From a virus: a DNA stretch of 64,000 bases. The translations under genes were made by a program, and so were the position numbers. This document shows, piece by piece, positions 61,714-64,000 of this stretch; the first letter of the stretch is position 1, and the number at the start of each line of letters is the position of its first letter. The stretch is taken from IMG/VR virus record IMGVR_UViG_3300049324_000002, positions 1 through 64,000 of that record; one strand, written 5' to 3'. Under the pieces are notes generated by a model. It searched no databases and was not told the DNA's origin. It was given only the letters and a program-made list of their open reading frames with translations.

Positions 61714-61736
61714 AACCCCTCAATCAGTAGAAAAAT

Positions 61737-62507
61737 CTATTCCTCCGAATCCCCAGGCTTAGCCTTCTTAGCACCAGCCTTAGGGGTGGTCGTCTTCGGA
61801 GGCTTCGTCAACAGATCCCATTGCGTGACCTTGTACCGGCCAAACCCACCAGACCGAGAAGCGCCAACACCCTGCTCCTGACCAGTCAGCCACACAATCT
61901 CCCAGAAACCATCACAAGCCGCATCAAAATCGAAGTCAGTAATAACCTGAAACTTCAATACAGCAGGAGTCACATGCTCCTTATAATGCGGGGCAGAACC
62001 ATACTGAGTATGCACGAACTGCTGCACAATACCAGAAGCAGTAAGCACGTTCTTGCCATCATCAGGATTAAAGATATGAACCTTATCATCCGTCACCATA
62101 ATATGCTCAGCAACGAACCCCTTAGCAAACTTACTCGTCACACCCCACGAGCGAAGCGGCACGTTCCCGGCCGCGACGGCGACCATCACAGCCTCTTTCA
62201 GCGCAGCCTTCACCTGACGACCATCAATGTACAGGCCCTCAGTATCTTTCTTAAACCCAGTGAAGTGCTTAGCCGAACCAACCAGCTTCACAGCCTCCTC
62301 AGCAGACACCGCGCGCTCAGCCATCGTCTCAGCAACAGCCCGACGAACAGCATCGTCTTTATCCTCAATCTTGGTACGCAACCAAGACTCCGCGACCTTC
62401 TCATCAGTAGGAATACCACCAGCAATCGAATCCACCTGAATCGTGGCCGCGTAACGCCACTTCCAAACCCTATCCTGTGCTGAAGCGAAAACAGAAGTAG
62501 CCGACAT
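61737..62507 (-). CDS. Stand-alone Cas7/RAMP-superfamily protein
   Basis: LYIDGRQVKAALKEA (cf. RAMP YIPGSSLKGALR) and C-terminal G-rich loop GVGASRSGGFGRY. Confidence 0.8.
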   Translation of the reverse strand: MSATSVFASAQDRVWKWRYAATIQVDSIAGGIPTDEKVAESWLRTKIEDKDDAVRRAVAETMAERAVSAEEAVKLVGSAKHFTGFKKDTEGLYIDGRQVKAALKEAVMVAVAAGNVPLRSWGVTSKFAKGFVAEHIMVTDDKVHIFNPDDGKNVLTASGIVQQFVHTQYGSAPHYKEHVTPAVLKFQVITDFDFDAACDGFWEIVWLTGQEQGVGASRSGGFGRYKVTQWDLLTKPPKTTTPKAGAKKAKPGDSEE

Positions 62508-62597
62508 CAGATATGCTCCTTGTTATTTGTTGTCGAATCAACCCCGGACAAGCCGAGGCACAGCACCGTCACCATTGACGACAAACCCCTTATACCG

Positions 62598-62846
62598 AGA
62601 GATCGATATGAGTTGAATGAACAGACAAGTCGAGATGAATTGAAACGACTCGGCTAGAAAAGTCGGCGTTGAATAGTATCGAGTTGACGGGTGAAGTCGG
62701 TAGGGAGGCGACCCGATCAGGAGCGACATGAGTGGTCGATGCGAAGGGAAGCGAATAGAGAAGTCGGTGATGTATAGACTAGCAGCGAAATGACTTGGCT
62801 TGTCGAATCGACTTGATCTGATATGAACCGTCTTGAGAAGTCGAAA
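62598..62846 (-). repeat. Array 2: seven GAC-anchored pentamer-periodic units upstream of the RAMP gene
   Basis: Anchors at 62629, 62662, 62696, 62735, 62763, 62802, 62840; e.g. GAC TTCTC AAGAC GGTTC ATATC AGATC AAGTC GATTC. Confidence 0.88.
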
Positions 62847-63404
62847 CTAAGAAGCAACAATAGAAGTACGGCCCTGAATCGAACTGTACATTCTATCAAT
62901 ATCCTCTTCAGAGAAGACAGCACCCACCGTCTGCTGGCCAACCCGGGACGCCAGCGCGAGCAAGAACGCCTCCTCCAACAAAGCAGTATGAGCTGAACGT
63001 GAATACCTAGCAGCCGCGAAATTCAAATCATCACGATTCATGTCAAGCAAACGACGCTGAGTATTCTCACCATCAACAGCGTAACGTACGGTCTTCCAAT
63101 GACTAATCGCACTGGAATCCCCGCCCGTAAACTTGCGAGCATCTGCCGCAAACGCAGACCGTGCCGCATTCGACCGAGCCCGCGCTCGAGCGGAGGCAAG
63201 CCGATGCTTAATCTGCTCAGCCAAGAACGTACTAGAATGCTCCAACAGCCAACCAGTAAGCAACTCAGGATCAGTTTTCTTCAACCTACTGACAAGTGTC
63301 CACGAAGCAACAGAAGGAATCAAATCCGACTCAGCATCTAAAAGAATATCGGTAATCATTTTAGACATCTCAGCAGAGTAATTCCTGCCTGGATCTTCAT
63401 CCAC
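62847..63404 (-). CDS. Hypothetical protein directly upstream of array 2
   Basis: 185-aa ORF whose stop codon lies 4 nt before the first GAC. Confidence 0.7.
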   Translation of the reverse strand: MDEDPGRNYSAEMSKMITDILLDAESDLIPSVASWTLVSRLKKTDPELLTGWLLEHSSTFLAEQIKHRLASARARARSNAARSAFAADARKFTGGDSSAISHWKTVRYAVDGENTQRRLLDMNRDDLNFAAARYSRSAHTALLEEAFLLALASRVGQQTVGAVFSEEDIDRMYSSIQGRTSIVAS

Positions 63405-63407
63405 CGC

Positions 63408-63674
63408 TCAGCTCTCCTCAACCGGCGCCTGAGAAAACGCAGCGCTCGAATGGCCCGGGAACTTACGATCGTACCAACGCGAATAAACTACCATAAACGG
63501 AACATCAGGTACACACTCATCATCAGCGATACCCTTACCAGGAGTGGCAGCCTTGATGAGAACCTGCACCATCAGCCAGTGCGGAATCAACTTACGAATA
63601 ATAGGCGTAATATCGCGATGATATGTACGATAAAGAAGATATCTAACTCGAGCAACACAAACATGAAGATTCAT
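63408..63674 (-). CDS. Hypothetical protein
   Basis: ATG 6 nt after a GGGTAGGA motif. Confidence 0.55.
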   Translation of the reverse strand: MNLHVCVARVRYLLYRTYHRDITPIIRKLIPHWLMVQVLIKAATPGKGIADDECVPDVPFMVVYSRWYDRKFPGHSSAAFSQAPVEES

Positions 63675-63682
63675 GAAGCGTC

Positions 63683-64000
63683 CTACCCGGGAGACGCCTC
63701 CACCGCTAACTGAGCAAACCCCGTCCAGTACAAAGGCTTAGGAATACCATCCTGCTCACAAACCAAATCAAGTAACACACCAAAAGCTGCGTAATAAGTA
63801 GTCTCTAGCTTATGTCCAAGACGCAACAGATTACGTAAATAAGCACACAAATCTAAAGCTTCTTCCATAGCATCGCGTAAAGTATCACGTCCATCGTCCG
63901 GGCACAACAACTGACCGTAACGATCAAACCCAACCTTCTTACGAGCAACAATACGCTCAACAGTAGCCTGATACAAAACACCAGGAATATAACTAGAAGT
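63683..64000 (-). CDS. Phage protein, possibly all-alpha NTP-pyrophosphatase-like; 5' end probably outside the window
   Basis: R..G..RYG...DGRD.L.DA.EE.LD...Y pattern; frame open to the window edge. Confidence 0.45.
   Translation of the reverse strand, partial: TSSYIPGVLYQATVERIVARKKVGFDRYGQLLCPDDGRDTLRDAMEEALDLCAYLRNLLRLGHKLETTYYAAFGVLLDLVCEQDGIPKPLYWTGFAQLAVEASPG

Larger units (their letters stand above)
1..64000 (-). mobile_element. Segment of a tailed (siphovirus-like) actinophage genome; ends not visible, no integrase or att site seen
   Basis: Co-oriented terminase, portal, capsid, tail and tape-measure module plus phage-type replication genes; no host housekeeping operons. Confidence 0.93.

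Noticed and set aside
62805-62839. Concatenated variable triplets of one unit give TCTTATACCC, matching 16531-16540 (apparent self-target)
   Set aside because: A 10-nt match is expected by chance given about 25 units and 64 kb, and the flanks do not match
62538-62941. ORFs 62538-62729 and 62717-62941
   Set aside because: They are by-products of array 2, and one overlaps a better gene
1430-63713. Many long plus-strand ORFs (e.g. 19761-20990, 26241-27446, 32137-33564)
   Set aside because: Antisense shadows of well-supported minus-strand genes, favoured by T-poor plus-strand composition; they give unnatural R/T/H/I/N-rich sequences
1-64000. tRNA genes, integrase/att sites, genome termini
   Set aside because: None recognisable by eye; tRNAscan-SE and flanking sequence would be needed

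Overview
The whole 64 kb window is a segment of one tailed (siphovirus-like) phage genome, probably infecting an actinomycete. The host inference rests on an XRE/DUF397 pair, a WhiG/FliA-like sigma factor, a class II RNR and leaderless promoters. Almost all real genes lie on the minus strand. The window holds a replication/recombination module (RecA, RusA, SSB, family A DNA polymerase, DnaB, primase Zn finger, and DnaX/HolA/HolB clamp-loader homologues), NrdJ and a SNF2 helicase. It also holds a full virion module (terminase, portal, MuF-like protein, scaffold, capsid, tail, tape measure) with an inserted topoisomerase IB and a glycosyltransferase, plus an endolysin and an Acb2/Tad1-like anti-defence protein. 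The most striking signal is a stand-alone Cas7/RAMP-fold gene (61737-62507) with no other cas genes, next to a non-CRISPR array. Each array unit reads GAC followed by 5-9 pentamers ending in C (mostly NNNTC) on the minus strand. A second, larger array with the same grammar lies at 23171-23781, and an orphan unit lies at 22841-22896. Together these look like a phage-encoded RNA-guided system with a 5-nt periodic guide code. All family assignments come from motif recognition by eye; no searches were run.
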